Assembly: GCA_964016885.1 (NCBI GenBank)
Contig: OZ024741.1
Location: 310,248,001-310,312,000 of the forward strand
Direction of reading: 5' to 3'
Source of the DNA: Eledone cirrhosa
Taxonomy: Eukaryota
Length of the DNA: 64,000 bases
Position numbers and translations under genes: made by a program. The notes under the pieces are model-generated. The model had not been told where the DNA came from and did no database searches. It saw nothing but the letters and a program-made list of their open reading frames with translations. Shown in pieces: positions 51,071-64,000 of this stretch (its first letter is position 1; each line of letters starts with the position of its first letter).

Positions 51071-52559
51071 TCTCCTATGCTGGTAGAGATTGGTTGAACT
51101 GAGCCAAACAACGTACGGAGAATGTATCCATGAGCGCCTCAGAATGTAGGTCACTATAAATATATATATATATATATTATAGTTAAAACAGAAAACAAAA
51201 AACAAAAACAAAGCGAAGAGTGCAGTACAAAGTGTTAGTATTAGGTTCACATGTGTGTATGTATATATGTGTGCGTGAGTGAGTGTGCACATTTTTGTGA
51301 TTGGAAAAATGTTTTGGACCTACCAATTCAACACCAAACGAGATAAAAATGTTCAACTTTTCCCTTTTCTTGTGTGCTTTGTCTGAGACATCTTGAAAGT
51401 ATTCTTCAAAGAACTGTGGAATTTACCATTCCGTTGGATCACTTAACTCCCAGGGACATTCGAACGGATTTGACATTTACAATCCATGGAGAGGAATAAC
51501 AGATCTTTAGAAGAAAACTTTAAAAGGATTGGTTGCGGACCAGAATCCACTGTCATATTCCACTGACGACAACGCATGGCACCAACCTGGAGCAATTGTA
51601 TCACACAATTACACATTCCTCCTTAACGTACACTTACCCCCCCCCCCCCAAAAAAAAATGGTGAGGAACTTGCACTAGCTTCACAAGAAGAGATAACACA
51701 TGGCACCACCTCATCGCCCTCTTGAAATAACCTGAATCTATTTATAGACAGGTGTGACTGAAAGGTCAATCCATACTTCCACTTCATTTCACAGAATTAG
51801 AAGCTTTGACCACTTGATAGAATTCAGGACCAGTAATGTAAACATTCTGTAATTGTAAACATCTTGTATCACTAACATTCCTTTCATTCTTTTCAAAGTG
51901 ACCATATTAAACTATCGCATATATATACGTTAGTTCATTAACTTCAATAATTTTCAAAATGAGAGTAAATAACACCACACTCCATTACCAAAATAACATT
52001 CACAATTTTTTTTTAAGACATGGATATCGTTTTTATAACATATAAATAAATTTACAGTAGAATAACATAACAAATATGTTTTAAATATATACATAAATAA
52101 CATTACAAATGCTTAGATAACATTATAAATTGCTCGCGATTCTTTCAGAAAGAAATATTCTTTTAATGTTGCAATATTAAAGAAAATATAAAGGAAGGGG
52201 TGCACAACCAAGCCAACACCAGAGCAAAAGACAACAGCGTCGCAAATTGTGTTAGTAATTGACCAAACTCCTAAATGGCAATAGCTAATGACACCCGCAT
52301 CTTCGGTCAAAGAAGGCATTCGAACTTCAGCAGCCAGCCTGGCAGCCGAAATAGGGAGCTGTATCAACTACCATTACCATTAACAAGAGGAGGGCAATGA
52401 CAGCAACAGTGACAACAACACTAGCAACAACAACGTATATGTGTATACACTAACATCATACCAGCAATCACTACCACTACCATTAACAAGAGAAAGCCAA
52501 CGCCAGCAGCAGTGACACTAACAACAACACCAGCAACAACAACAAATCGGGGTGCGGCT

Positions 52560-54432
52560 GTTTCCACCACCTCACTTGTGTTGGCTTGACGCGTCGAGCC
52601 TCCAGTGCCCTCGCAGCGTGGAGATGCAGAAACTGTCTCTTCCTCTCGTCTACTCAGCCGCGACCGTCTGGCACACCATCAGATGAGACAGCGAGCTTGT
52701 CTGATGCTCAAGCCTCGCTGGTCAACATCGCTCGGCTCCGGCGGCTCCAGAAGATTCCCCTCAAACCTCCAGAGCTGCCCGGGTGCCGATAGCCGATGCC
52801 CTCGCTTCTTCAATTCAGAGGGCCCTGGACTGTAATCGAGCCAGCGACTGGGAGTGCCTCTTTTATTTCTCCCCACTCGCTCTCAGCCTCCCCAACTCTG
52901 GCTCTGACTGAGGTGGCCTGTCGACAGCAGCCTTTGTCAAGGCCAATGTTTCGACCTTTGGACAAGCGTCCATCCCAAGCGTGCCGAAGGACGCCACGCC
53001 CTCTGCTCTCATGTATCTTAAATCCTCCACCCCTGAGGCCACCGCCAAGAGTTTACGTGACCGCGTAAACGCCAAAATAATCATGGGTGATGTCTCGGCT
53101 GCAGTCAGAGTGGTTGTCTCAGAGGACACTGTGCTCCACCCCACCGAGGAGGTCCTGGCTTCCTTGTAACTCAAGCACCTAGAGCCACCCGCTGACCTTA
53201 GACCTATACGCCCACCTGATCCTCAATTGCTCCTTGAGGCTTCCGACGCAGACATCATGTCTGCCATCAAGTTCTTCCCAGCTAGCAGCAGCGGTGGTGC
53301 TGGTGGTCTCCGACTTGGCCATCTCAAGGAGCTGTTATCCCCCTCTCTGGCACTCACCAGCAGGCTCATCCATGGCGCCCTGGACCCTCACGCCCGTGGC
53401 CTCTGTTCTTCGGCTAGCCTGGCCGCTCTCAGAAAGAAATACGGTGGTATGTGCCTCATCGCTGTGGGCAATGTCTTCCGGAGGCTGGCTGGTAAGGTAG
53501 TCTGCAGGTCCATAACACCTGAACTGGGCGAGGAGCTCAGTCCGGTGCAACTGGGTGTCGGCGTGCAACCAGGCAGTTCTTCAATAGCTGCCCACTGGGA
53601 CCGGCATCCAGGCATCTCATTGTCAAGCTTGACATGAGGAATGCCTTCAACTGCATACGCCGTGACCATCTGTTCGATGCCTACTCGCTGACCTACCTGT
53701 CATATGGAGCCCCAAGCATGCTCCTTGCTGCTGATACGGTCATACCTTCAGCCACTGGGGTCCAACAGGGTTACCCTTTGGGTCCCCTCCTGTTTTCTCT
53801 TGGCATAGACCACATTGCCCGGAGTATCACGCCCCCTCTCAACGTTTGGTACCTGGATGATGCTACGTTGGGCGTCTGCCATGACCTACAATCGGTGGTT
53901 CCCCTCCCAGCTCGAACCGGTGGAGCTGGACCGAATGGTCACCAAAAGGCCAGACGGTATGACGATCTTCCCGTTCCACGGTGGCAAACCCCTCGTCTGG
54001 GATGCCACTTGCTCCGACACTTTCCCCAGCCGCATCCTGGTGCAGCCTGCGACTAACCAAGGTTCTGCTGCACTTCGGGCTGAGAAGGCCAAACCCTCCA
54101 AGTACCGGTCACTCTCCGACAGGTTTACGGTCGTGCCCTTGGCAGTGGAGACTTCTGGTGTCATTGGCCTTAGGGCTACCTCCCTACTAACCACCATAGG
54201 CAATGAGCTGGCCAGCCGCAAGTGTGAGCCTCGTGAGATGGAATGGCTCTTCCAGCGCATCTCCCTTATCATGATCCGGGGAAACGCCTACTCTATTCTG
54301 TCCACCGAGGTTGTGGGGCGGCCAGCACGTGGAACCTCATTTGCTCACTATACAGTGAGATGGGGGCGATGACGGTGGGAGTTCGACTCTTCCGTGCTCG
54401 GACACATTGCACTTATCATGGCCACATTATAG

Positions 54433-54437
<5 letters not shown>
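52560..54437 (+). mobile_element. CRE-clade LINE, degraded and internally deleted (RT plus restriction-like endonuclease)
   Basis: GGAGGLRLGHLKEL, IAVGNVFRRLAGK, QLGVG, LDMRNAFN, GVQQGYPLGPLLF, WYLDD, then KRPDGMT..PLVWDATCSD..KY..PLAVETSG..FQRISL..RGNA; ends at (TA)n. Confidence 0.9.
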
Positions 54438-54499
<62 letters not shown>

Positions 54500-54504
<5 letters not shown>

Positions 54505-55241
54505 GTTAAAACGATCAAATTTTAGTTTAGAACATTTATTAGCTGACAATTGTTTCTTCCAGAGGGAAGTCTGGAATCATCGGAGCATAAGGAATGTCAA
54601 AAACGTGTAACTAGAATCCTAGTCATTTAGAACATTTAGGGTACATGGTTGTTATTAGTGTCAAAGGCATCATGTGGAGATTCAGGCGTTACAAAGATGT
54701 TCCGCTTGAAATAACACAATTACAGGCAGCACTGGTTGGAAGTGTAATAGGGATAAGTAAAAGTGTAATAGGGATAAGTAAAAGTGTAATAGGTATAAGT
54801 AAAAGTAAAAAAAGCACAAACAAATTTTCTTTTTTTTCTTCTTTTTTTTGTCTATTTTTCTTTCTTTTTTTTCTTTTTTTTCTTTCATTTTTTTCTTCTC
54901 TTTTTTCTTTTTTTTCTTTTTTTCCTTTTCTTTTTTCCCCTTTTATTTGCTTGCGATTTTTTTGCTTGTGCTTTTTACTTTTACGTATACCTATTACACT
55001 TCCAACCAGTGCTGCCTGTAATTGTGTTATTTCAAGCGGAACATCTTTGTAACTCCTGAATATCCACATGATGCCTTTGACACTAATAACAATTATGTAC
55101 CCTAAATGTTCTAATTGACTAGGATTCTAGTTACACGTTTTCAACATTCCTTATGCTCCAATGATTCCAGACTCCCCTCTGGAAGAAGCAATTGTCAGCT
55201 AATAAATGTTCTAAACTAAAATTTGATCGTTTTAACACTTT
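54500..55241. repeat. Long inverted repeat (~260-bp arms) with pyrimidine-rich spacer and 21-bp tandem triplication
   Basis: 54500-54760 versus ~54985-55241; aagtgtaatagg.ataagtaa x3 at 54739-54800. Confidence 0.9.
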
Positions 55242-55499
55242 GTATCTCGGCTCTGTAAACACTTGAAAATTTGCATTGAGCCTTTTGTCATACCGGTAAC
55301 CGGCTAGTACTTAGTACTACCCTCCATATTTATAGTTGTATTACACATATATAAATATAGATATCAATATTACTATATATATATATATATACTGCCACAC
55401 TAAATGCTGTAATGAATGTTGACCCACAATATTTGCATATGTATCTGTATGTTTCTTGGGTGAAAAGGAGGTCATATAAGTGTTCATTCAATAATAAAT

Positions 55500-55546
55500 T
55501 GTTCCGAAGAATCCAAACCTCGGTTTGGAGGAAACAGTTGTAAGCA
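55500..55546 (+). ncRNA. Variant hammerhead (CCGAAGA core) in 5' pLTR
   Basis: tgtt CCGAAGA a-tccaaacc-tc-ggtttgga-g GAAA cagttg TA agca. Confidence 0.7.
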
Positions 55547-58500
55547 TAAAAATGTTTTGAACAGTTCTTTGATTCTTATAATTCATATAACTGCTCTGTA
55601 AATCATCTGATGTTATTACATTGAGCTATTTAACTTACTGGTAATAAGGTAGTAATATATTACTGCCTACCACTATTTAGGGTTTATAAAAATATATATA
55701 ACTACAAAAGGTTTTTGTATTTGTATAACCATAAATAGTATACTTAATACTATTAACTGCTCCATACTGTTGAGCTGACATACAATAAATTATCAATATG
55801 CTAATCAAAGACTAACTCCCCATGTCAACCAAGAACATACCAATACCATTCAAGAATACATATGAGAAATTGCTGATCAACAGTGTAATTTCCTTTATCA
55901 ATAGAGTGAGATGGAGGACATTCCATTATGATAGAAACAGATCTAACAATGTTAATAATACTAACAAATTTGACTCCTTCGGCTTTAAAACCTTTAAAAG
56001 CCCTCCTCATAACACACTACTTAACTCCTTTGAAAATGACCTAGTAAAACTAGTTAAGAACATTAAATACAATAAGCACCGTAATAGAAGCAACACCTTC
56101 TTAAACAAACTTAACACCTCTATTAATGAATTCAAAACTAGTAATAAAAGTACACGCGGATAAAACTAATAACATATACAGCCTGATTATAATACTTATA
56201 GAAAGTTTATATATAATGAACTACATAAAAGCTACAAGAAAACTACTATGAAAAACTTAGAGGATATTAATATAGTGTCTAAACTAGGACTTCAGAGGCA
56301 TACACAACCATACACCCCAAACCACCCTAGATTCTCTCTGAAGGATCATAAGGAGGACTTCATTAGCAACCCCTCGATTAGACTTATCTGCCCTTCCAAG
56401 TCCGACATTGGCATTATCAGCAAGAAAATTTTAGATAAAATCATCCCACAAATTAAACACAAGATACACCTTAAACAATGAGGAAATACGGGTGGAGTTA
56501 TTGAATGGTTCAAAGATATCAAGAATAACAAGGACAAAAAATTTATTCAATTTGATATCAATTCATACTACACCTCTATTTCCCCTATCCTATTAAATAA
56601 GGTACTAATCATGGCCATGAACAATAGCGACCTGACTAGAACCCAGATTGATGTCATCCTTGCGACCCGTAAAACTATAATCACCTTTGAGGACCAACTA
56701 CGGACCCGCAAGGATACGCACAACAACTTAGACATAACCATGGGGTCTAGTGACTCGGCGCAGGTAACTGATTTGGTCCGCCTATACTTACTTAATGAAA
56801 TCCATAAGGACCTCCCATACCTCAACGGTGGTTTGTACCGCGATGATGCACTTCTACTTATAGAATATAAAAAATTCAATATAGAAAGAACTAGAAAACT
56901 ATTGCACAAGACATTCAAAAACTTTAACCTTAGTATCACCATGGACAAAAACACTAAAAACGTTAACTTCCTAGACGCCACACTATACCTAGACTCAAAA
57001 ACAAAAATAGAAGAAGAAATAATACACTTTTCAACCCTCCTTTCAACCTAAACGTCTCCACCAACATACCTAGGGCTTTCTTCTCACTACTAGATAAAAA
57101 CTTCCCTCTAGGACACAAGTACCATAACCTTTTAAGCAAAAACACTATTAAAATCTCATACTCTACGACGCCTAACATAGCATACCACATAGCTAGCAGC
57201 AATAAAAGTAAAATTAATTCTTACTTCCAACAAACGAAATCGCAACAAGAGGTAAACCTTCAAAATACCTCTATAGCAAGCAACCCTAATAACGGCAGTA
57301 ATAATAGAAATAACACTAGCATAAGCAATAACACCGGGGTCGACAACCCGAATGTCCAAAATCCTATAGCTACCACCCGGACTTCTGCACAGCATTATAA
57401 CCAGCAGACTAACACCCAGAATAATTGTAACTGTAGAGCAAATAGAACCTGCCCTTTAGATAAAAAAAGCCTAACCAAGGATATCATATACTCATGCACC
57501 GTCACAACTAGCAACTCTTCAGAAACCTATGTAGGCTCCACTTCTAACTGCTTCAAAACCAGGTATAATTCGCACATCCACTCGTTCAAAAAGCACAGTC
57601 TAGCCAGCTCCACCTCACTATCTAGCTACATACACTATCTAAAAACTAAAAATAAACCTTACACACTCAAATGGGAAGTGATAGTTAGCGCGACTTCGTA
57701 CAAACCACCTAATAAATTTTGTAACCTCTGTATACTAGAGACCCACACTATTATCTTCTCTAACCGTAACCTACTTAACAAAAACTGAAGTGTTTACAAC
57801 TTGCCAGCACTGCTTCAGACATTCCTTCCAAAACTTTAAGCCCAATATATAGCAATGTCGGACTTGAACCAGACACCACCTCTAGCATCAAACACCAGGG
57901 GCACACCTTATACCACATCCCCACACTCATTGATCTAATATAACACTAATCGGGATATCCCTCTAGAACCCTTCACAGTGGGAATACCCCTTTGTACTTC
58001 TACTTTAGGTATGACTACATCCAGTTGCTGGAACTGCACTACACCACTTTATAGTTAATGTAAAATTTAAGCATTGAATTGATTGTATTGTTGGTGCTAT
58101 GCGGAGGAAGTGCCATCGTCGGATAAATGGAAGACTAATTAATCTAGTAACGTTGATGAGCTGTACGACCGGTATGCTGAGTGCAGTGAATGTATTGCAA
58201 GTGGCGTATGGGTTGTACATATATGTATGATTTGATGGTCAGATTAGTGACATGAGGAGTGTGGATTGACCTCTGGTCTGCCCTAGTGATGATTATCTTT
58301 CGACATCCAATATAGGAACTTACCAGGGATCATTGTGTGTTGAAGTGATTCTGGAATCACCTTGACTGGTTCTATGAGTAGACTACAATCACAATGATCA
58401 TTAATTTAGAAATCTCGCTCGTCGTCTATAATATTCATTTGTGGCACTCTACGATGGAGGATAATCACCATAATAGGAACACCTTCAGCACAGCTTAATA

Positions 58501-59262
58501 GACTACATTATAGTTAAGACACTTTAAATTTGTAGAAACTGCGCATAACCATATAAATTAGGGACTATTTTGAGACACAATTTATTAGTTAGTAATAGAA
58601 ACTACTGAGTTACCTCCCCTCATGCATTAACTCCCCTTATCCACACACACACTTCCGGGTAATATTTCGATGTCGATTCTCGCAACGTAACAACCTGCTG
58701 TATTGAGCTAAAGAACATCAGACTTCGATTCTCTAACAGGATTGTCAAACGCCCAATATCGAATCGTCGTGGATTATGTGAGGGGCATATAATCTGAAAA
58801 ATACGCTCCCCGGACTATGAAAATGTCGCAGTGCATGAAATCCATATCATCGCTTCGCTACGCATTTCCAATATTTTTAATGCTTACATTATTTTTAATG
58901 CTTATATTATTTCTCCACGCACAGGCTATAACAATCATATAAAGAATTCATTACCAGATCAACCCCCTTAACACTCTTGATTACCTGCTTAAGTGCTTCT
59001 ATTACACGTAACTTTCTGCCACACTATATAAACAAGACGCACATGCTTGCCACACGTATAACTATTGCACCCTATAACCGCTTAATTTCATGTTGTATTT
59101 TAACCTGTATTTTTGATTGTATCTTTTAATATGAATGTAATCTCTAAATGTGTACTGCCACACTAAATGCTGTAATGAATGTTGACCCACAATATTTGCA
59201 TATGTATCTGTATGTCTCTTGGGTGAAAAGGAGGTCATATAAGTGTTCATTCAATAATAAAT

Positions 59263-59309
59263 TGCTCCGAAGAATCCAAACCTCGGTTTGGAGGAAACAG
59301 TTGTAAGCA
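59263..59309 (+). ncRNA. Variant hammerhead (CCGAAGA core) in 3' pLTR
   Basis: tgct CCGAAGA a-tccaaacc-tc-ggtttgga-g GAAA cagttg TA agca; perfect stem I. Confidence 0.72.
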
Positions 59310-59344
59310 TAAAAATGTTTTGAACAGTTCTTTGATTCTTATAA

Positions 59345-59426
<82 letters not shown>

Positions 59427-59699
59427 CCACCAAAATCCCTGTCAACAGTATACTTACTCTTTAAATAATTAAATAAATTATTTAAAGAGTATATACTTTT
59501 TAATCTGCTAAGAAACTTTTTTCATTACATCGCAAGATTAACAAAATAGGGCTTTCAATTTGTCGGAAAGTTTGTATATAAAACATTCCTTAAATCTTTA
59601 TTGAAGTGTAAATATTTATTTCTCATTTCAGTTTTATTTTAAAACAGTATTAACAGTATTATTACATTCAATAAAGTTGATCCTTTGTTTTTATATTAT

Positions 59700-61350
59700 T
59701 TTACTGGACAAAATATATTTTATATTTAGACAAAATATTTGTCAACATAACCACCATCATAATATTACAAATAAAAAGAGAAAAAGAAAGAAAAGGGAAA
59801 GGAAAGATAAAAAATACCCAAGCAGGTAATACACACATTTAGGGCCACATACAACACACAAGCAGGTAATTCACAATATAGCGAGGAGCACTGGAAAACC
59901 TCTCTAATAATGTTTTAGGCAAGCCAGCACATTTGCAACATTACCTCCGGTGATGGCGAGGCTGAGGCGCTGGAAATTACAAACACAAATACTTTATCTA
60001 TCAAACTTCAACACATACAAATATATTTCTATTACATAATTATATAAATATTTCACATTAAAATATAGAATCAAAATGAAAGAAAATTTTAATTCAACAC
60101 GTCTGCTAATCAGTCACAGACCACAAGGGGTGCCGGAGCCTCTAATATTTTTTGAGAGAAGCCAACACGGTAGCATTACAGCGGGTGATAGCGTCGCTAA
60201 GACGTCAAACCTGACATCAGCTACAGATGTATAGAAATGGTGTATATATGTAGCTTTTATGTACAAATGTATAACAGTAGAATAACATTGCAAATATGTT
60301 TTAAATGATTGTGAATACTGGCCACTGCAATTAGCATAACCATTGTAGACGATAGATGTCCATGTGGATACATAATAACTATATATATTTTTCGCAAAAG
60401 GATACTATATATATTGGCTTTGGGTCCTCTCTGTATTATGGAACGAAATACTCGTTGAAGAAGCCTTTCCGCGTTCATCTCTTCTCTAGAAGTCTTATAT
60501 ATTTTTTATGTGGGCTGATAGTGATTGGATTAAGGAATTGCAGAAACCCAAGAAGCTAGATTTAACATCTTTCTAGCGGGTCCGGGTGAGTTTTTTTACA
60601 TTCATTTAATTTATTAATTTATTGATATTTTATTTGAGTGACCCGAATCTTCCTGGTCGTTCTTTTTCGGCTGCACGGGTGATTTTAGGCATGATCTCTA
60701 TGTGTTGGTATTTTAACGATAGTTATAGCTCTGATTTTTCCAAATTATTGAGCCCTCTGCCACATATATCGGATATTGTTTATCGTGATTTCGTGGGCTG
60801 ATATTCCGATTCTCGATTATTCTACTATATATATTTATATATATACATAAATAACATTACAAATGCGTAAAATTTTTATAAATTGCTCGCAATTCGTTCA
60901 GAAGGACATTACAAATATATTGTCTAAACCGTGTATAGAAACACAATAATATAATTTCATTGAACAAAAATGATAAAGGAAAAAAAAAAAAGGGGAGGGA
61001 CAATTCCCCCCCCCCCCCCCAAGTGTGATCATCTGCCGCACCTCCCACCTTAGGGGTTAACTATACACTTTGAGCCAAGCCAACACGCTGTCAACGGCCC
61101 ACCGATCGTCTGGAAAAAATAATTGTTTAATAAGTCCTGGTATTTCCGAATATTATTCCGTTCGGCAACGGAAGCAGTGACCCCTCCACATTCACCGCGG
61201 CGTCCATGACGTGGGATGGGGCAAAAGAGTCATTGACTATGATATTCCAGATGAGACATCTACCTCTCACCCAGGCACAAAGAGTAAGGTCATCTGGTCT
61301 CTTCCCATCACTTCTGGATAAACTAGCCGAGTCCAGAACTGTGGGGGCCA
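59700..61350 (-). mobile_element. Three tandem CRE-clade 3' ends
   Basis: Minus translations FQRLSLAITGGNVANVLA (~59975->59920), RLSDAITRCNATVLA (~60205->60158), and SRSDGKRPDDLTLCAWVRGRCLIWN..DSFAPSH..KYQDL (~61325->61100). Confidence 0.78.
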
Positions 61351-61389
61351 GGTCCCGTTAACAGCGTAAATATTATATTATATACACAA

Positions 61390-61754
61390 CGGTGTAATAT
61401 ATATTTATATATACACCGAGTATAGCGTAATATCAGCTACAGATGTGTAGGAATAGTGTATATATTATATCAAACATACAATATATACAACAGTGTATAT
61501 ATTATATCTCTATATATAACAGTAATACCGTAATACCAGCTACAGTTGTATAGAAATCGTGTATATATTATATCTATATATCTATATATATACAACGGTG
61601 ATATTGTAATGTCAGCTACAGATGTATAGAAATAATGTATATATTATATTTATATATACATAAGTGTAATATAATCTATATATAGAGCAGTGTAATATAT
61701 TATATCTATAGATAGAGAGAGGTGTAATATATTATCTATACATATAGAGCAGTG

Positions 61755-61770
<16 letters not shown>
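61390..61770 (+). repeat. AT-rich minisatellite
   Basis: cagctacagatgtatagaaat..tgtatatattatat x3; dispersed copies at ~60217 and ~62544. Confidence 0.75.
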
Positions 61771-61802
<32 letters not shown>

Positions 61803-61923
61803 GGAGGTGAGTTTTATTGTAGCACAATAAAGCAATGCAAATATCGGATAAGTAGCACTCTACAGTTTGTAGGACTGGAGTATAAATAATATAAGATCAA
61901 AAGATGGTTAAAAGAGTTCCAAG

Positions 61924-61994
61924 TATTTTATTATGCGCATTTCAAAAACAAATATCATCATGGGATGATATCTGCGTTTTCATCAGATAAAATA
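61924..61994 (-). ncRNA. Type I hammerhead ribozyme, solo
   Basis: tattttat CTGATGA aaacgcagatatcatc-ccat-gatgatatttgttttt GAAA tgcgca TA ataaaata: 8-bp stem I, 16-bp stem II, palindromic loop III. Confidence 0.92.
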
Positions 61995-62149
61995 GGGATA
62001 CATGATATGAAGCTTAAAAAACACTTGTGAATAGTGAAGTTTTAAATCAACATATGTTGGAATGGCTATTTCAACGTATCTCTCGTTATCATCCAGAGTA
62101 ACACCTCAATTTTGTTCTCTGTGGTTCTGCTACACTATCCGGGATCATA

Positions 62150-62440
62150 TCAATGGGGGTCTAAAGTCTGTCTCGATCCCGGAGGCTCATCAGGCTAGTT
62201 TTTCCCCCAGTTTCCGTGGCGTGAAATGACAAGACTCTACCCTCTGAACAGAACGCCAGTCCATCGCAGGGTTAACCCCCAACCCAGCTATTACTGGTAC
62301 ACATTTGTAGCTGAATATACTGGAGCAACGTAAAATGAAGTGCTTTGCTCAAGAACACAACACAAAATCCAGTTCAGCTATCGAACCCATGACATGATGG
62401 TAAGTTCAACACCCTTACCACTAAGCCATGCACCTTCACA
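62150..62440 (-). mobile_element. tRNA-derived SINE
   Basis: Minus strand begins gaaggtgcatggcttagtggtaagggtg..gggttcgat (A/B boxes); similar head at 63905-63968. Confidence 0.72.
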
Positions 62441-63395
62441 TGTCATTGGGATGGCGATCTGTAAGTAGTCTTTCTCATATTTTTGTTGCAATCTTTGAAG
62501 CTTATTCAACAATTGATAAAGTAAGCCGCTAAAGGTGTAATATTAGCTACAAATGTATAGAAATGAGGTTCCTTTGAAGGGTCTTTGGCGTAACCTTACT
62601 CGATAGAGTGTTTAGCTCGGAGATCAGAGTCGCTCCAGATAGAGCCATCAGAGCTCTGATATTATGGACACGTGGCTAGAATATCCCAGGAAAGAATGGC
62701 AGGAAACGCCCCAAGTAGAGTCACTACTTTTCCGTATTGAGAGATGACAGCTCCGATATTACGGACATGTGGTTAGAATGTCTCAGGAAAGAATCGCTGG
62801 ACAGATATTACAGGCAAAACCAACCAGGAATAAACCATGAGAAAGGTGGTTGGATAACATCCATGAGTTCGGCTGATTTCGCAGGGTCAATTGGAGACGG
62901 TTGCTACTGACAGGATCCGCTGGAAGGAGTGTTTGAGGACTCTGCCCTCACCGCCCCGCCAAGAATATGTGGGCGAAGAAAAAGAATTCACTAAAGGCAT
63001 CCCCAAGTCAACCAAATACACAAAATCTTAGTTAAAACAAATTAAAGGGAAGTAAATCTTGATACCTAAGAAGCAGGACAGAAGGAATTATTTCCCGTTG
63101 ATAGTTACTCTAATCGGTTAAAACAATTTCCACACAATGACAAATAACTTCTTGGTCGCTCTACCAGCTAAAAATACATTGAACAAAATATTTAAGTAAA
63201 ATCATCTTAAGAAACATCAACACCATTCTATCATGAGACACTACTAATGAAAAAGACGAATGTAGGAGAAATCGTCAATCCATATAAACTTTCACCGTTA
63301 ACTCAACAGACGACATGACTTAATATCTACACTCCTACATCGATCTATATGTTAATCCTTTCTCTCTCTCTATTATATATATATAACCTTTCTCT

Positions 63396-63533
<138 letters not shown>

Positions 63534-63639
63534 ACCAAAGACTAGTATGGTTCGTTGATTACTCAACAAAAACAATTTTACAATAGATTAGAAGCACTCA
63601 ACTAAAAAGTTTTCCTGGAGTTTTTAATATTATTCATAT

Positions 63640-63700
63640 ATTTTGTCTGATGAAAACGTACTGAAACAACACAGTACCTTTGAAATATATATAATAAAGT
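63640..63700 (+). ncRNA. Type I hammerhead ribozyme, solo
   Basis: attttgt CTGATGA aaacgtactg-aaacaaca-cagtaccttt GAAA tatata TA ataaagt. Confidence 0.88.
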
Positions 63701-63759
63701 GTATATTTTGATTATGCGAGTATTTTTCATTTGTTAACATTTTGAATATTATATATATC

Positions 63760-63966
63760 ACCTTGATCACTTTGACCGACCAGTCTGTCGGGCGCCACTC
63801 GGCGCCGCTGGTCACAGCACGTCGTGCTGTATTAGCCATAAGAAAACGCCATCATACTGGGTGGGCGGACAGGCCGGTACTCATTTCTACAGCCGAGTAA
63901 ACTGGAATTGAACTCACAACCTTTCGATTGCAAGCCCAATGCTTTAACCACTAAGCCATGCGCCTT

Positions 63967-63968
<2 letters not shown>
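63760..63968 (-). mobile_element. tRNA-derived SINE
   Basis: Minus gaaggcgcatggcttagtggttaaagcattgggcttgcaatcgaaaggttgtgagttcaattcc (tRNA-like head). Confidence 0.75.
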
Positions 63969-63997
<29 letters not shown>

Positions 63998-64000
63998 AAA

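Larger units (their letters stand above)
55391..59350 (+). mobile_element. Penelope-like element with ~197-bp direct pLTRs (55391-55588, 59154-59350) and degraded ORF 55822-~57850
   Basis: STKNIPIP..RVRWRTFHY, SLKDHK..IRLICPS, DITMGSSDSAQ, GGLYRDDA, NFLDATL, CNCRANRTCPL, DIIYSC..TYVGST..FKTRY; flanked by (TA)n. Confidence 0.92.

Noticed and set aside
51330-51900. Possible SWIM-finger/DNA-transposon ORF remnant on the minus strand
   Set aside because: Only faint Cys/QW motifs with stops; needs tBLASTx
52209-52588. caagccaacac/gtgttggcttg as terminal inverted repeats or adaptor
   Set aside because: The same motif elsewhere is the VLA codons at CRE ORF ends; an 11-bp match is insufficient
54645-55069. 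Mirror-image ORFs on both strands
   Set aside because: Artefact of the inverted repeat and its low-complexity spacer
63905-63968. Functional tRNA gene
   Set aside because: tRNA-like head continues into SINE body; acceptor stem not intact

Overview
Eukaryotic, AT-rich repeat-dominated DNA. The SINE, RTE-X and (TA/CA)n content suggests an octopod cephalopod (inference from recalled repeats, not verified). No host gene is recognisable. The window is a nest of decayed retroelements: at least six Penelope-like element (PLE; RT plus GIY-YIG) remnants, two near-identical Tx1/L1-clade LINEs, R4/Dong, RTE, RTE-X, CR1 and CRE fragments, tRNA-type SINEs, a Helentron/DINE-like element and a 50/59-bp satellite. 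The most striking structure is RNA-level. I can fold by eye about 11 type I hammerhead ribozymes (HHRs) with an intact CUGANGA/GAAA core, plus several variant or degenerate ones, mostly in PLE pseudo-LTRs or solo ~350-450 bp cassettes between (TA)n tracts. Three different cassettes lie in a row at 35.3-36.8 kb. Two near-perfect palindromes appear to be hammerheads whose CUGANGA strand was overwritten by an inverted copy of the GAAA..UH strand. A candidate degenerate HDV-like ribozyme sits in an RTE 5' region. All folds are manual and untested.
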